DNA of 64,000 nucleotides from Curvularia clavata (Eukaryota): NCBI GenBank assembly GCA_023920165.1, contig CP089276.1, positions 1,054,001 to 1,118,000 of the forward strand, read 5' to 3'. Shown piece by piece: positions 14,239 to 27,499 of this stretch (position 1 is its first letter; each line of letters starts with the position of its first letter). The notes under the pieces were generated by a model. It saw only the letters and a program-made list of their open reading frames with translations, ran no database searches and was not told where the DNA came from. The position numbers and the translations under genes were made by a program.

Positions 14239-14514
14239 CTGAATCAATCAGCATACATTGCAATTGGCACAGCGATGGAACGTACTTTGGCGGTATTGTA
14301 GAGTGGAGAGGTTGCGGAGCTGTCGTCGCGGTGGTTCGATAGCAAGCGTACCTGCCTACCCACACGCTCATGTCTTGGCGGCAAAGGTCCAGGTGGTCTG
14401 TGCGCCATACTTTTTTGATTGCCATGGCCAGCGCTCGTCATTCAGTCGCATGTGAGCTCTACTCCACCACAAACCTCCTCCCTCACCCAGAGCGCGCACA
14501 TCACTTCGCCCGCC

Positions 14515-17500
14515 ATGGATGATGATATGTTCGAAGTTTTTGAGGGCGGCCCCTCTACCGACGCCGCGCCTCGCAGGAACAAGAAGCGCCAGGCCAACGG
14601 CGATGTCAAGTCGCCAGTACCCGAAGATGCTCCCATGTCGGATGCGCCCGCAGAAGCACAGGATGGCGCGAGCGAGCACAGCGCAGCCGAGACATTGAAG
14701 AAGAGGCAGAAGCGCGATGCTGAGCCCGAGCCCATCGTTACTGACGATTTCGAGACGGAGCAGTCGCGTGAAGTCGCTGCAGCCGCTGGACTACAGCCAC
14801 AAGCTCAAGAAGGCCAGGCCGTTGTGCTTTCGCATCAGGTCCGCCACCAGGTCGCCTTGCCGCCAGATTACGATTATGTTCCTATTTCCGAGCACAAGCC
14901 TCCGTCAGAGCCGGCGCGCACATGGCCTTTTACACTGGATCCCTTCCAGCAAGTCTCTATCGCTTCGATCCAGCGCAATGAGAGTGTCCTCGTGTCAGCG
15001 CATACGTCGGCCGGAAAGACGGTCGTGGCAGAGTACGCCATTGCACAGTGCCTCAAGAACAACCAGCGAGTCATCTACACCAGTCCCATCAAGGCGCTCA
15101 GTAACCAGAAATATCGAGAGTTCATGGCAGAGTTTGGCGATGTCGGCCTCATGACAGGTGATGTCACAATCAATCCTACGGCCACTTGTCTGGTCATGAC
15201 CACTGAGATTCTTCGATCCATGTTGTACAGAGGTTCTGAAATCATGCGCGAAGTAGCCTGGGTCGTGTTCGACGAGGTGCATTACCTGCGCGACAAGTCC
15301 AGAGGTGTGGTCTGGGAAGAGACCATCATTCTGCTACCTGATAAGGTCCGCTACGTCTTCTTGTCTGCCACCATTCCCAACTCGATGCAGTTCGCCGAAT
15401 GGATTACCAAAACCCACAACCAGCCATGCCACGTTGTCTACACCGACTTCCGTCCGACACCGCTACAGCACTATTTCTTCCCTGCTGGCGCCGATGGCAT
15501 ACATTTGGTGGTAGACGAGAAGGGCGTATTTCGCGAAGAGAACTTCCAAAAAGCCATGTCTTCCATCGCGGACAAGGCTGGAACCGATGCAAAGGACTTT
15601 ACCGCCAAGCGCAAAGGCAAAGGAAAGGACAAAAAGACCAACACGGGCGGTAACAGGGAACAGACGGACATATACAAGATTGTCAAGATGATCATGGTAA
15701 AGAGCTATAACCCTGTCATTGTGTTCAGTTTTAGCAAGCGCGAGTGTGAAAACTACGCTCTCGCCATGAGCTCCCTCGCATTCAACGATGAATCCGAAAA
15801 AGCCATGGTAACCAAGGTGTTCAACAGCGCCATCGAGATGCTTTCGGAAGAGGATCGGCAGTTACCTCAGATCCAGAACATCCTTCCTCTTCTTCGAAGA
15901 GGTATTGGTGTCCACCACTCTGGATTGTTGCCCATTCTCAAGGAGACGATTGAGATTCTCTTCCAAGAAGGTCTGATCAAAGTACTTTTTGCGACAGAGA
16001 CCTTCTCCATTGGACTTAACATGCCGGCAAAGACCGTTGTGTTCACAAGCGTGCGTAAGTTTGACGGAGTGTCCCAGCGATGGGTCACGCCTTCGGAGTT
16101 TATTCAAATGTCTGGTCGAGCCGGTCGTCGTGGTCTTGACGACCGTGGTATCGTCATCATGATGATTGATGAGCAGATGGAGCCTGCTGTGGCCAAGGAA
16201 ATTGTGCGAGGTCAGCAAGACAATTTGAACTCGGCTTTCCATCTTGGTTACAATATGATTCTTAACTTGATGCGAGTAGAGGGCATATCTCCTGAGTTTA
16301 TGCTGGAAAGGTGCTTCTACCAATTCCAGAGTACAGCCGGAGTCTCCAAACTAGAGAAGCGTAAGTTCAACCCTTTGTCGACTCATCCAATTGCTGACAG
16401 TACTGTAGAACTTGAGGAGCTCGAGCAAGAAAAGGCAAACACCACCATCATTGATGAAGCCGCTATCAAGGACTACTATAATCTACGACAGCAACTGGAT
16501 ACCCACACAAAAGACATGCGCGACGTAATCATGCACCCCAACTACTGCTTGCCATTCCTTCAGGGTGGCCGGGTTGTCAAGGTTAGTTACAAGGAGCATG
16601 ATTTTGGTTGGGGTGCAGTCGTAGCATTTACTCCTCGCAAAGCCAACAAGGGTGAGGTTCTGCCACCACAAGAGTCATATGTCGTCGATGTTCTGCTCGC
16701 TGTCGGCAGTGACAACAAGTTTGCTCCAACAGTGAGCGATGGCCTACCTCCTGGTGTTCGGCCACCTGCACCTGGTGACAAGGGCAAGATGGAAGTGGTT
16801 CCTGTATTCTTGAACTGCATCGAGTCGATTGGTCATCTCCGTATCTTCCTACCTAACGACCTGAAGTCAGCAGAGCAGAGGAACAGCGTCCGCAAGTCCC
16901 TCAACGAGGTAAAGAAGCGTTTCCCAGACGGAATTGCCATACTAGATCCCATCGAGAACATGCAAATCAAGGATGATAGCTTCAAGCGACTGCTCAGGGT
17001 GCGTATCTTCATTCGTTGCTACAGTACATATCTGACAAGACACAGAAAATTGAAGTGCTGGAATCCCGTCTTCTCTCAAATCCTCTCCACAACTCACCAA
17101 GGCTGCCTGAGCTTTACAACCAGTATGCAAAGAAGATTGCAATCGGCGACAAGATCAAGAACACGAAAAAAGAGATTGCGAATGCTTTATCAGTTATTCA
17201 GCTTGATGAGCTGAAGAGCAGGAAACGTGTATTGCGCCGGTTGGGCTTTATCGACGATGCCGACGTTGTTCAACTCAAAGCTCGCGTTGCCTGCGAAATC
17301 AGCACAGGCGACGAGCTTGTTCTCAGCGAGCTGTTGTTTAACCGATTCTTCAATGAGCTCACCCCTGAGCAGTGTGTTGCATGTCTTAGTTGCTTCATCT
17401 TTGAGGAGAAGACACAAGAGGTGCCGGCGCTCAAGGAAGAGCTCGCTAAGCCTTATCGCGAAATCCAGCAGCAGGCTAGGGTCATTGCAAAGATGTCACA

Positions 17501-17838
17501 AGAGAGCAAGCTGACACTAGATGAAGAAGAGTACCTCAAGTCATTCAAATATGAACTCATGGAGGTTGTATATGCATGGTCAAAGGGTGCTACCTTCTCG
17601 GAGATTTGGTATGTTTGCCCAGTTGCTTTTGCTTCACTAGCGACTGACATATTCTAGCAAAATGACCGATGTCTACGAAGGAAGTCTCATCCGCCTCTTC
17701 AGGCGACTGGAGGAATTGCTCCGGCAGATGGCTCAAGCTTCCAAAGTCATGGGCAGCGAAGAGCTTGAGCAAAAGTTCACTGCCGCACTGGAGCTCGTTC
17801 GTCGTGACCTTGTTGCTGCTCAGTCACTGTACCTCTAA
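14515..17838 (+). CDS. MTR4: Ski2-like DExH RNA helicase Mtr4/Dob1 (TRAMP/exosome cofactor)
   Basis: Motifs [29 protein letters not shown]; arch/KOW insertion; C-terminal 'YEGSLIR...AAQSLYL*'. Three short introns (~16361, ~16999, ~17609). Confidence 0.97.
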
Positions 17839-18469
17839 TGCGTTTTGTCGGGTCTGCGTCTTGTATAATATGATATAGTTGGGAGTCTGATTGTATGTTC
17901 CATGGTTCAGCAGGTAAGTGTCGTACGCAGAGTGGTGATCCCTCAACGAGAGCGCCACCAAACACGCGAGCAAGCTTCTCGGGTGCACAAAAAGCGCACT
18001 CGGCGTCGGGTCTTATGAAAAGAGACTCGGCAAGGTGCGTGCTGGATAGAAATTGACTAGATCTGATGCCGCGGGCCAAGCACCCGCGACGGATGATCCC
18101 CCCATGAACATCTCCCTACCTATGCGAACAGATGTGTGATGTGATTGAGCACCGCCACACCAAGAAATGTGTCAGATAGACCTAATCTAACAAAATATAA
18201 CACTGCAGGAACATGCAGGGTTTTGCGTCAGACTGCACGTGATGCGGTGCACGGTCGGTTTCCCAGATGCACGTACCATCTTGGGCCTGCTGCACATGGC
18301 TCTGCTTGTCTCCACCACACCAACAACAACGCACCCGACACCGCTCAACCACCTACGCAGCCAGTGCATCGCCCCTTGCGCCACTCTCCACGCATCGCTT
18401 CCCACCGTCTGGCGCCCAGCGAAGCAGGCCTGCCACTTTCACAACGTTTGCGGATCGTTGGTTGTCGCC

Positions 18470-19462
18470 ATGAACGTACAATATCAGGCTTTCACGCCCC
18501 CTCACCTCTTGAACAACAACAACCGCCGCTCGCCCACCCGCAACAGTATGTCTACTCGCTGCTACCAACACACCACTCACGGGCCATCAACTAATCTCAT
18601 CTATCGCCCTTCAGTCTCCACCGCCATGACCGGCCGCAAGCGGAAAGCCGACGACGATGGAAGCGCTGGCGACGACGACCGCATGAGTGCATCGCCATCT
18701 ACTTCCCCCGCCATCCTCCCCCGACCTGCGCCACGAGGCATGAAACGTATGCGAACCAACGTCTCCGGTCGACCGCTCCCCCTCCCGCGCCTCCTCGAGA
18801 CTCTCAGCGCTGATGAGATGCGGAACCTGCTGCAGTCTATCTGCCAGCGCCATCCAGACATCGGCAACGAGGTTGTCACCACAGCACCACGCCCCAGCAT
18901 CCAGTCAGCTATGGAAGTCCTCTCCAAGTACGAAGCGGCGTTCCAGGGGGCATTCCCCTTTGGTGGTCGTGCGTCCTCAGACTACGCATACAACCGTGTC
19001 CGCCAAAACCTCGACGAGTTGCTGGACTCTCTCAAGGATTTTACTCCTCATTTCCTCCCACCAAATGAACAACAACCCGCCACATCACTCGCCTTCCTTG
19101 ATGGAGCTACCGACATCATCCATCGTCTACCCAACTGGGATACCTATCAGCACAACCGACACAAGCAGGAGGCATACGAGGAGATGGCCAAGGCATGGGC
19201 GATTGTTATTCGGGAGGCAGCCAAGAGAGCAGGCGGAATACAACTTCAGTATGGTGGCTGGGACCAGAAAATTGCCAAACACAACGAGGTCTCTGGTGGA
19301 AAGATGCAGGAGGCTGTCAACGAGCTGCGAGGTGGCCTTGGCTGGATGGGCACTGAATCAGAAAATGCTCCCCCAGCCGGACCTGCCGATACCATGTCAA
19401 TTCGGCAACAATTGTTGAGTGGAAACTACGGTAGTGGGTCAGCCAGCATAGGTGCATGGTAG
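18470..19462 (+). CDS. STS1: Tethering factor for nuclear proteasome Sts1/Cut8
   Basis: NLS 'GRKRKADDD', '[13 protein letters not shown]', 'SDYAYNRVR', 'FTPHFLPP'. Probable 69-nt intron at 18546-18614. Confidence 0.9.
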   Translation: MNVQYQAFTPPHLLNNNNRRSPTRNSMSTRCYQHTTHGPSTNLIYRPSVSTAMTGRKRKADDDGSAGDDDRMSASPSTSPAILPRPAPRGMKRMRTNVSGRPLPLPRLLETLSADEMRNLLQSICQRHPDIGNEVVTTAPRPSIQSAMEVLSKYEAAFQGAFPFGGRASSDYAYNRVRQNLDELLDSLKDFTPHFLPPNEQQPATSLAFLDGATDIIHRLPNWDTYQHNRHKQEAYEEMAKAWAIVIREAAKRAGGIQLQYGGWDQKIAKHNEVSGGKMQEAVNELRGGLGWMGTESENAPPAGPADTMSIRQQLLSGNYGSGSASIGAW

Positions 19463-20384
19463 GTGATGAGTGGCTAGCTTGTGCTGCATGTGTTAGCTAG
19501 CAATGCCTTTACTCACCTCCCACATATGCCGGCTTTGAGCACTCAGCATCCCATCATTGCCGTACACTTCCCACCCTTACTTCGACATACTACTATTCCA
19601 ATTTTCGAAAACTCACGGCCTGGTATACAGCACCAAACGATACCATTGTATGGAGGTCTATTCCCATGATAACGACTGCATAGCGTTTCCTTCAATCTCT
19701 ATTCACGTATAACAGCATCTGGCAAATGGGCTTCCGATGTATAGGCGTACTGGATGTGATATCTCTGCAAGCCTGAAAGCTTATTTTTCGAGCCTATCTT
19801 TGCTCTGGGTATAATGTTTTGTCATTAGCACATGTTACGTACCCCTTCCTACATAGCCTCCAGTGCGACGGACTGCGTTTTTCTCCTTTGTTTTATCTCA
19901 TTACCTGTCGGCATCAAGGTTATGGATTGGAAGATAACCATGGGTCAGGGAGGTGTTTTTGCACAGTTGGATTATTATTTGGAGTACAGGAGGGGAAATA
20001 GATCATTTGTATATATGAAGTTGCGATTCTGCTTATGTGAAGATGCTGCTTTATATGATTTGCTAACGAGGTGAAGGCAAAGTCATTCAGATCCGGTTTT
20101 GCCAAGTGATATTCTTAGAATCTTACTTATGTTTGCGGCAGAAGGTATTGGTAAAGTACATGAGAAGGCGCGACGATGGTGTCTTTGCTACACGACCTGT
20201 GGATGGAAGTCACAACCTGTAGCTCCCAGGCCTCAGTAACTTCCACTTCAACCCCTTACTCTCACTCCAACCTCACCACTGCGACGTCACACTCACGTGC
20301 AGAAACTTGCCAGTTCGACCGTATTTGAGCTAACGTCCTTCTCTGTTGCCCTTTGATTCAAACGCCACAGTATCCCAAGACACC

Positions 20385-21647
20385 ATGGCTGCCATACCGG
20401 GGGAGCCGCAACTTCAGGTGTATGTTGAGTGTAACGGCCAACGACTACCGGAGTTCGATGCCGACGAGAACGACGCAAATGCAGCGACTACCACTACGAA
20501 ATACATCGAATCAAAATCAGGTGCTGAATTTGCCGTCCAGTTCGAGCTGTGCCGGCCATTTCCCCAATACGCCATGCGCATCAGGCTTTACATCGATGGT
20601 AAACACATTAGCTCGAACATCGTCAGCGAAGCCCAGTATCAGAGAATCCCAATGTCAGCAGGAATGAGACGGACATTTGACAATGTGAAGTCCACAACCG
20701 CTGACGAACAATCTATAATGCAGAAGTTTTGCTTCTCTGAACTCCAGATAGGTGAGCAGCTTATCACACTGGCTGGTTTACCTCTACTGAAAAGCTATTT
20801 CAGAGGATCTGGACAATCACGATCTAGGAGCGATCTTCGTTGAGGAACTGAAATCGATGGGCACCATCACGCTTAAAGCGTTTTATATTCAGCATCTCCG
20901 AAAAATTCCTCTTAAGGAAGAACAGGTTGGCAAGGGTGAATGTGTCAAGAAGGGCAAGCGTGTCGAAAAGTCACAAGATGAGCTGGGTACAATTCCCGAA
21001 AAGGCGTTGAAAGGAGAAGCCTTGACACACCGTACAAAGTATGTTCCCTCAACCAACCGGGATAAGTATCTACTGAATTTCGCTACAGACTAGGTCCAGC
21101 AATCAATTTGTTCTCCACCAACTCGAATCACACTGGCCCGACCCGCACCACATACGACTATGTCCATCCCCGGAGACTGCCATTCGCCATCTTCGACTTC
21201 AAATACCGCTCTATAGGTATTTCTGAATATACCTAGGTCTATATCGGCGTATCTTTGGCTAACAAAATGATAGCTGCACTTCAATCACTGCTCATTATCC
21301 CGCGAAGCCCTCGCCTTGGTCCTCTTCGAGTCAGAGATGAGAATGTGCGAATGCATAACATAACGGAACCGAAAAGAGAAGTTTCAGCGACGACAAGTGT
21401 GAAGAAGGAATCAAGAGTCAAGCGTGAGCACTCGGCTGTTGCTGCGGATGACAACGACGAGGTCGTATAAGTCTCTGCGACAAAGCATCGAAGACTGAAG
21501 GAAGAGCCGGTTCTCAAGCGTGAGCACTCAGCTGCTGTTGAGAGTGACGAGGATGGTAAGGATTTAGTGTTTGTTTCTGAGACAAAGCGTCGACAGTCGA
21601 ACATTGCCGTCAACAGGAACGGTGTCGAGGTCATTGATCTCACGTAG
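20385..21647 (+). pseudogene. Conserved fungal hypothetical gene (DUF7918-like) with an in-frame TAA at 21468-21470; truncated allele or young pseudogene
   Basis: Four exons splice into 'VECNGQRLPEF..YIESKSGAEFAV...MGTITLK...IPEKALKGEALTH...PFAIFDFKYRS..ALQSLLIIPRSP'. After the TAA the frame stays open to 'EVIDLT*' at 21647. Confidence 0.6.
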
Positions 21648-24095
21648 AGCGTGGTTTGACTGCCCTGGCATGCTGGTAGAGGCCTAGGAACAGGCTTTTG
21701 CAGATTTTGCTTCTCTTTCTGAGGTTACAAGTGGCTTCTCTTCGAGGTCGCACGTGAATGTTTTCTTCCCGCTGGAGAATGGAACAACGGGCTCATGTAA
21801 CTGGGGCTACTCTGCTTTTTTTACTGCTCAAAACCCATCATCAGTCCAGGTAACAAAAAGCTTCGGGAAATTTGAGATCATACAGTTTAATTGCTTGGTT
21901 CTTAGGAAGGGGAACACACTAAATCACTGAAATTACTGAACATCTGTACCTTGTGTATGTCATATATCAGATGCACAACATGATTGTAACTTCTATATAC
22001 CACTGGCTTGAATTCACTTGCGATCACGCATACTTGTATTTGAAGTGCACGTATCCCTTAAGCTACATTTTTTGCATGTTCCGATGGAGGCTGTAGTTGT
22101 GTTGCCAATTGCGAAGTTGGCGCCGATTGCAGATTTGTACCTTTCGAATAAAATATTCACATCTTTCTCGTGAGATTTACCCTAAATATTTCTCAACGCA
22201 GGGGACTATGAGCCGACACACCGGAGTCTAATCGACAAGGATGTACTTCCAAAAGCGAGTCAGTCATTCAATACTGAGAATCAAGTGAGATACTGGATGT
22301 GAAAACAAGATTGAACTACCTTTACAATAGAAATCTACTTTCTGTTGGTATACGTATGATAGGTACTGAGCTCATCATGCCAACACTGCAGTTACAGGGA
22401 TATCCGAGATCCGTAATTGTCGCTGAATCTAGATACTGTTAGCATCGTTGATACAAGAACATTGTAATTATTCAATTTACATCTTATCACAACTATCACT
22501 AATCAATGTTACTGAGAGGCAGTAAGTGACCAAAATATAGCTCATGAGAGATCCATGAAACGACATCAGAATCAGTAAAAAGCGGACAAAAGGTAGAATT
22601 TTGCTGTCTTACCATACTTATTTATCGCTCCTGTTGGATGGGGTTTCTTAAATGGTATCCCCTCAAGTCTGAACGAAGTTTGCGGCAACCTGAAATTAAT
22701 AAGATATTGTAAACATTGATTTTCTGAGACCGAATTTCCAACGAAGAGCGCCTTTCCATCCCTTATTCACTTGCAAACCTGATGGGGGTTTCCATATAAA
22801 GGGTTATTTTCGCCTGTTCTAATCAAACTTATGCTGTATCTCCAGATAGGAAACAGACATCTCCTCAACCAAGATTCACAGTGACTTGAGCTGCAGCTAA
22901 TCTTTGCATTTGGAAATATCAAAAACCACGTCTGCAACACCGAATTTCACTTCCCCCGTACCCAAACCCCCTCATTACTCCCATCCTACCACTCAGCCCA
23001 ACCATCCCCCATACGGACAGTGACCCCTCACGCCATCACTCTTGCCTTGTTTTGTTCCCCCTTTTCCTAGTCCTCCACACCCCCATATCTCCACCCTTCT
23101 AGTGTCTCCACAAACCTGAACCCCAGCAACCTCTACATGCTCACGCCAACATTCCCTCCTTCCTGCATCCCTACCCAAAAGAAACAATCCAAAAAAAGTG
23201 ACGTTCACAGCATGACGTGCCGCATATCGGCACCAATCGGCTAGCACGGCAGAGGCGCTGAAACTCAACCAACCCAACCAAAGCACAGCAATCCAGGAAA
23301 CTAGATTACGCAGTAAGACCACCCTTAGAGCCGCTAGCTATCTGGCCATGCACATGTTTGTATAGTGTGACTAGCCAACGGACGGTAGGTGCAGTAGGCG
23401 TAGGTGTAGATGTAAGTACTCTGCAAGTGTGATGTGCTACTATGCCGAGACAAGGCTAGAAAACACTAGCGTAGGTGGTGTGCATACCGGAAAGCATGGT
23501 TTTGTGCATGACTTGTTTTCGTTTGCTTTTTCTTTCTTCGTGCATGGGATGTGTCCCGTCGTAGCCGTGTCACCCGAAAATGGGGAAGGGACATGAGGGA
23601 AGTGAGATGCAGGAATGGAATAGTGAGGGGAAGGTCTATGTAAGGGATCTGCTGTGGTGGCTGCATGAGGGGGGTTGAACCCAGAATCTCCATGTGTAGA
23701 TGTGTGGAGCTACGTGTGTGTATGGGACGGGAATTACAAACAAGATGTTTGTGTATGTAGTCCTCGGACGCAACATAATCCTGACGTGAGAGTTGTATCC
23801 TGTATTGGCGTTCAAGTTGGCACTGGAGCTAGCAATCCTAGTGTCTCGATTAAACTTGTCCCTCGGGCGCTAGCAAAAGCCACGATCTTAAGATCTTGCA
23901 AGTTTTCCATAGTCATATTTCATTGTGCGTCATTATAGGCTTGAAAAATCGGTATGTCGTCTATCGTAGGAATGACTCTAATGAGAGCATGCTAACGTCT
24001 AGGTTGATGCGGTGTAATGCAGGTATATACATGCTGAAAAAAACCAGAGCCTAGTATGATGGTTTTAGGAAATTCGTCAATGGCATAAAAGGCGT

Positions 24096-24958
24096 TTAAT
24101 CCGTAGCCGACAGCGGCCGGCTTCGTGTCTCGTTTGCTGCTGCAAAGATGTATTTTTCACCCATTCGGCTTTCTCGTGTGGTTCTGCGAAGGTAGGCCTG
24201 AAGAGAGAACATGAACAAGACAACAAATCCGAGAATGGCTAGGATGATCTGCAACCATTTGACTGTGACCTGCTCTGGTGTCAATATAAACGCATCTCGC
24301 GACCCAGGCTTGTCAAGAACTCACTGCTTCATTGCAGGCAACAGCAGCATATTGCCTGTCATTACCCTGAACAAACTCGGGCTGAAATCGGCATACTGCC
24401 ATTTCCCGGGTGCAGTAGATGTTGGTGTTCATGCCCCTACCGCCCATCATTAGTCGCTCCTGGGTGCAGCCATATTTGTCGTCTCCCATTTTCGCGTAGT
24501 GAAATGCGAGCGACACTATGGCCATGACAGCCCCAGCCTGGGACATGACAACGATGCTGAGTATCCAGAAACGGCGTACAGTCTTTGAAAAAAGTCAGAC
24601 TCTCTGTTATCATCATTCAAGTTGCGGATGTACCGACCGAATTCATCACTGTATCCATGTCTGGTTTTCGCAACGTGCTCCAAGCGATAATGGCTATCAC
24701 GGCGGCAGCCAAATTCAGGCATCCCGAGACAATTGTCGCGTCAGTATCAGTTTCGGTAAAATAAACAATCGTCGCGTCTGTTACGAATTTGTTCGTTCGG
24801 TCATTGAATTCGTCGGTTACAACAACCACGTCTCGCGATATGACCCAGTCCGTCAGGATCCAGTAGTGTGTTGTCAGAGCCACGGAGACGACGGATAAGA
24901 GAAGGTATATTATTGACGGTATGAGGGCGAACTTGAGGACATTGTCAAATCGCAGCAT
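24096..24958 (-). CDS. Hypothetical four-TM membrane protein (MARVEL/tetraspanin-like topology, Cys-containing loop), 3 exons
   Basis: Four hydrophobic segments across ORFs 24617-24958, 24313-24546 and 24096-24284. The loop 'YGCTQER...YCTREMAVC...ACNE' has four Cys. Confidence 0.7.
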
Positions 24959-26137
24959 GTTGGCGCTGTATGTGCAGTAATCAGGTAGGCCGAGTGCCAG
25001 GTGCAACAGGCAACGGCAGCAAACGATGCAAGAGAAAAAGCCAGGTCGCAAGGGTAAGGGTATTCAGTAGCTAAAATAAGGGCGAGGGAGATGCTCGAAT
25101 CGGGTTTTCCTGCTCGCGGCTACTGCAGCGCCCAAAACGGGAGGTTAAGAAGCTCGTTTGGAGGCTCGGCACACCGCCGTGACCCGCTTCGTCGAGGTAC
25201 TTTGCCGTGTCAGCACAGATGTAGCGCTGTCCTGGAACCATGCATAGTCCGAACAGGCCGAAGCCATTGGATAAGACGAAGACAGACTGGTAAGACGTCT
25301 GGTCTTGGCCGGACATGTTTCGCGCCTATCTGGTGAGTGGAGTCTGGCGTCGACTAGGCGCCCCAGCCACTCGACGTGGCCTTCACCGCACCGTCGGCAA
25401 ATCAGTGTTGGGTTCTTCGCCTAGCGGCGTGGAGACTCGAAGAGACTCAGTACATGTTGTTGCTGTTCGCCAGGCTTTGTTGGCAATGCGTGAGAGAGGC
25501 ATGGCGGGGGGCTGGTTTGACTGGCAACAAAACGTCACGATCCGCCGCGAAGGAGAGCCGAACCGCCCGTGCGAATATTGCCAAGAACTACGCCTTTGCT
25601 GGGGTTTGCCGTCAATCCGGTATAGGTGCAGTATGCCTTACTACGCGTTCTAAACGCACATCACTACTTTGGGCTCCAGGCAGACGCAGGTACACTACGG
25701 CGGCCATGACGAAATTACATCGCGTGATGCAGCAAGTGCTTTGGATTCGCTTTCTGTCCGCAAGCCTCCCGGATGATGCCAATGCGTAGCCTCGACCATC
25801 ACGACGTGCTGATTTGCATAACGCCCTGCTCAATGCGACTTTTATCCATGACACTCAACAAGTCCGTGCCATCAACCATCACTCCAACCATTGCGGTACA
25901 ACACGAGCAGATAATATGTAAACCGATATGTATCTGCCAGTTCTGGCCTAGCTGCAAGCCTCATATGTTGGTGCCTTAGTCAGTATTTGTGGTTTCTTCC
26001 AGTATTAGTAACCCCAGCCATCACAATTATTGGAATACATGTCTGCCGTCTAACACCATCTTGTTCCAAAGCCTGTCGTGTTGGATTGGTGTACATGGGA
26101 AGCTCAAGGTCCTAGCATCCCTTCCAGATTCTATCAA

Positions 26138-27499
26138 CTAAGATCCAACATGTATGATATGCCTTCGGACCAGATGCTTCTCCTTAGTACTCTTTCTCAC
26201 AGTACGCAATGATTTGGTGTCGTCGTACTGTTCTGTACTTGCAACAACACTGTCTGACCTGGATAGTCCGTGAGGCTCTATATCCGCAGTAGAACCAGGT
26301 CCAGCCGGTGTTGGATCTACGTAGAAAACCATGTATGGAAGAGTAGCGGCGTTGGGCCGGAAGACCCTGACCTTTGAGATGAAGCGATTGCCGCCGAGCT
26401 TCTCTTTGTGCTGTAGCAGGAAGTATCCAGCCCATCTTCCGACCGGCGAGCCTAGTCAATCAAGTCAGTGCCTAAACAAAACCTGCAATCACACCGATGC
26501 GGCAGAAGCTACTAACCCAAGATTGCTCGACCAGCAGTCGTGTCCATGCTGAACTCGTGGCCAGGCCAAACCTTGTGCTCACTTTCGGGAGGCTGCAGTG
26601 TTCCGAGCGCCGCCCTGAAGATCTCTCGAGACCCTGCATTCATGATCTGTGTGACAAGCAGATACTTGATATCTGCAATGTTGGAAGCACCCGCTCGGTT
26701 CCAAACTGCCCATGCTATATCTTGTGGTGTGCCAATATGAGGTAACTCTTCTGGGCGTGGCTTTCGAAACCAGGTGAACTTCTCAGCGCAGAACGACATG
26801 CTCATGATATTCATCAGAGCGACGAGTCCGTTTGGGTTAACGGCGAATTCATATGTAGCACCGGTGGCCTATGCAAATGTTGAGTTAGTAGATGCGTTTT
26901 TTATACGGCGACGCGGAACTTACCCTGTATTCCTTGCCGCACACATCGTAGTACCGACTCGCTTCGCTAGGGAGAGTACCATCCGGAAGCCTCTTGATCG
27001 CAGGGCCATCGCGATGATTGATCTTAAAACATTTATTTGGCCCTCCGTCTTTTTCCGCCCTGGTATCCAAGCCCAGTTCGTCAAAAGCAGCCTTGATGCC
27101 ATGGTACTTGTCAAAGTCACAGTCCTTCTCGATGTCCTTGCTCAGTTCTTGGCTGTCATCGAAGCCCCACTTCTTGAGCTCCTCTCTTCCATCACCATCA
27201 AACGGACTCTGACAGGTTTCGTGGAAGTTGGGAAAGTCTTTAAAGAACCAGCGGGCGATGCTGTCTTTGGACCTCATAGCTGCATCGAGGGTTCGCCCAA
27301 TCTCAGCGGCCTTGTCAAATTTGGAAGGTTCGGCATTGGTATGAGCTGTGGAAGATGAACTCGAGTCGAGGAAGGTATCGTCGGAGAGCGCCTTGTCGGT
27401 ACGACCTGCGAAGTTTTGAAGTGATGTATCGGACGAAGGGACGACACCGGCGGCAGCCAAGGTGGCTATCAGCACAGAAAGGGCAAGACAGGGTTTCAT
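26138..27499 (-). CDS. Secreted hypothetical protein (signal peptide; 3 exons)
   Basis: Signal peptide MKPCLALSVLIATLAAA. Introns at ~26923-26869 and ~26510-26452 join the frame through 'GRAILG|SPVGRWAGYFLLQHKEKLGGNRFISKVRVF'. Confidence 0.75.

Noticed and set aside
21900..22950. AT-richer gene-free stretch as a possible RIP-degraded transposon
   Set aside because: No terminal repeats, target-site duplication or transposase/RT motifs, and no strong TpA excess visible.
22993..23322. 109 aa ORF with a signal-peptide-like N-terminus and Cys residues
   Set aside because: Starts at GTG, with no supporting ATG or splice structure; the composition reflects a purine/pyrimidine-skewed tract.
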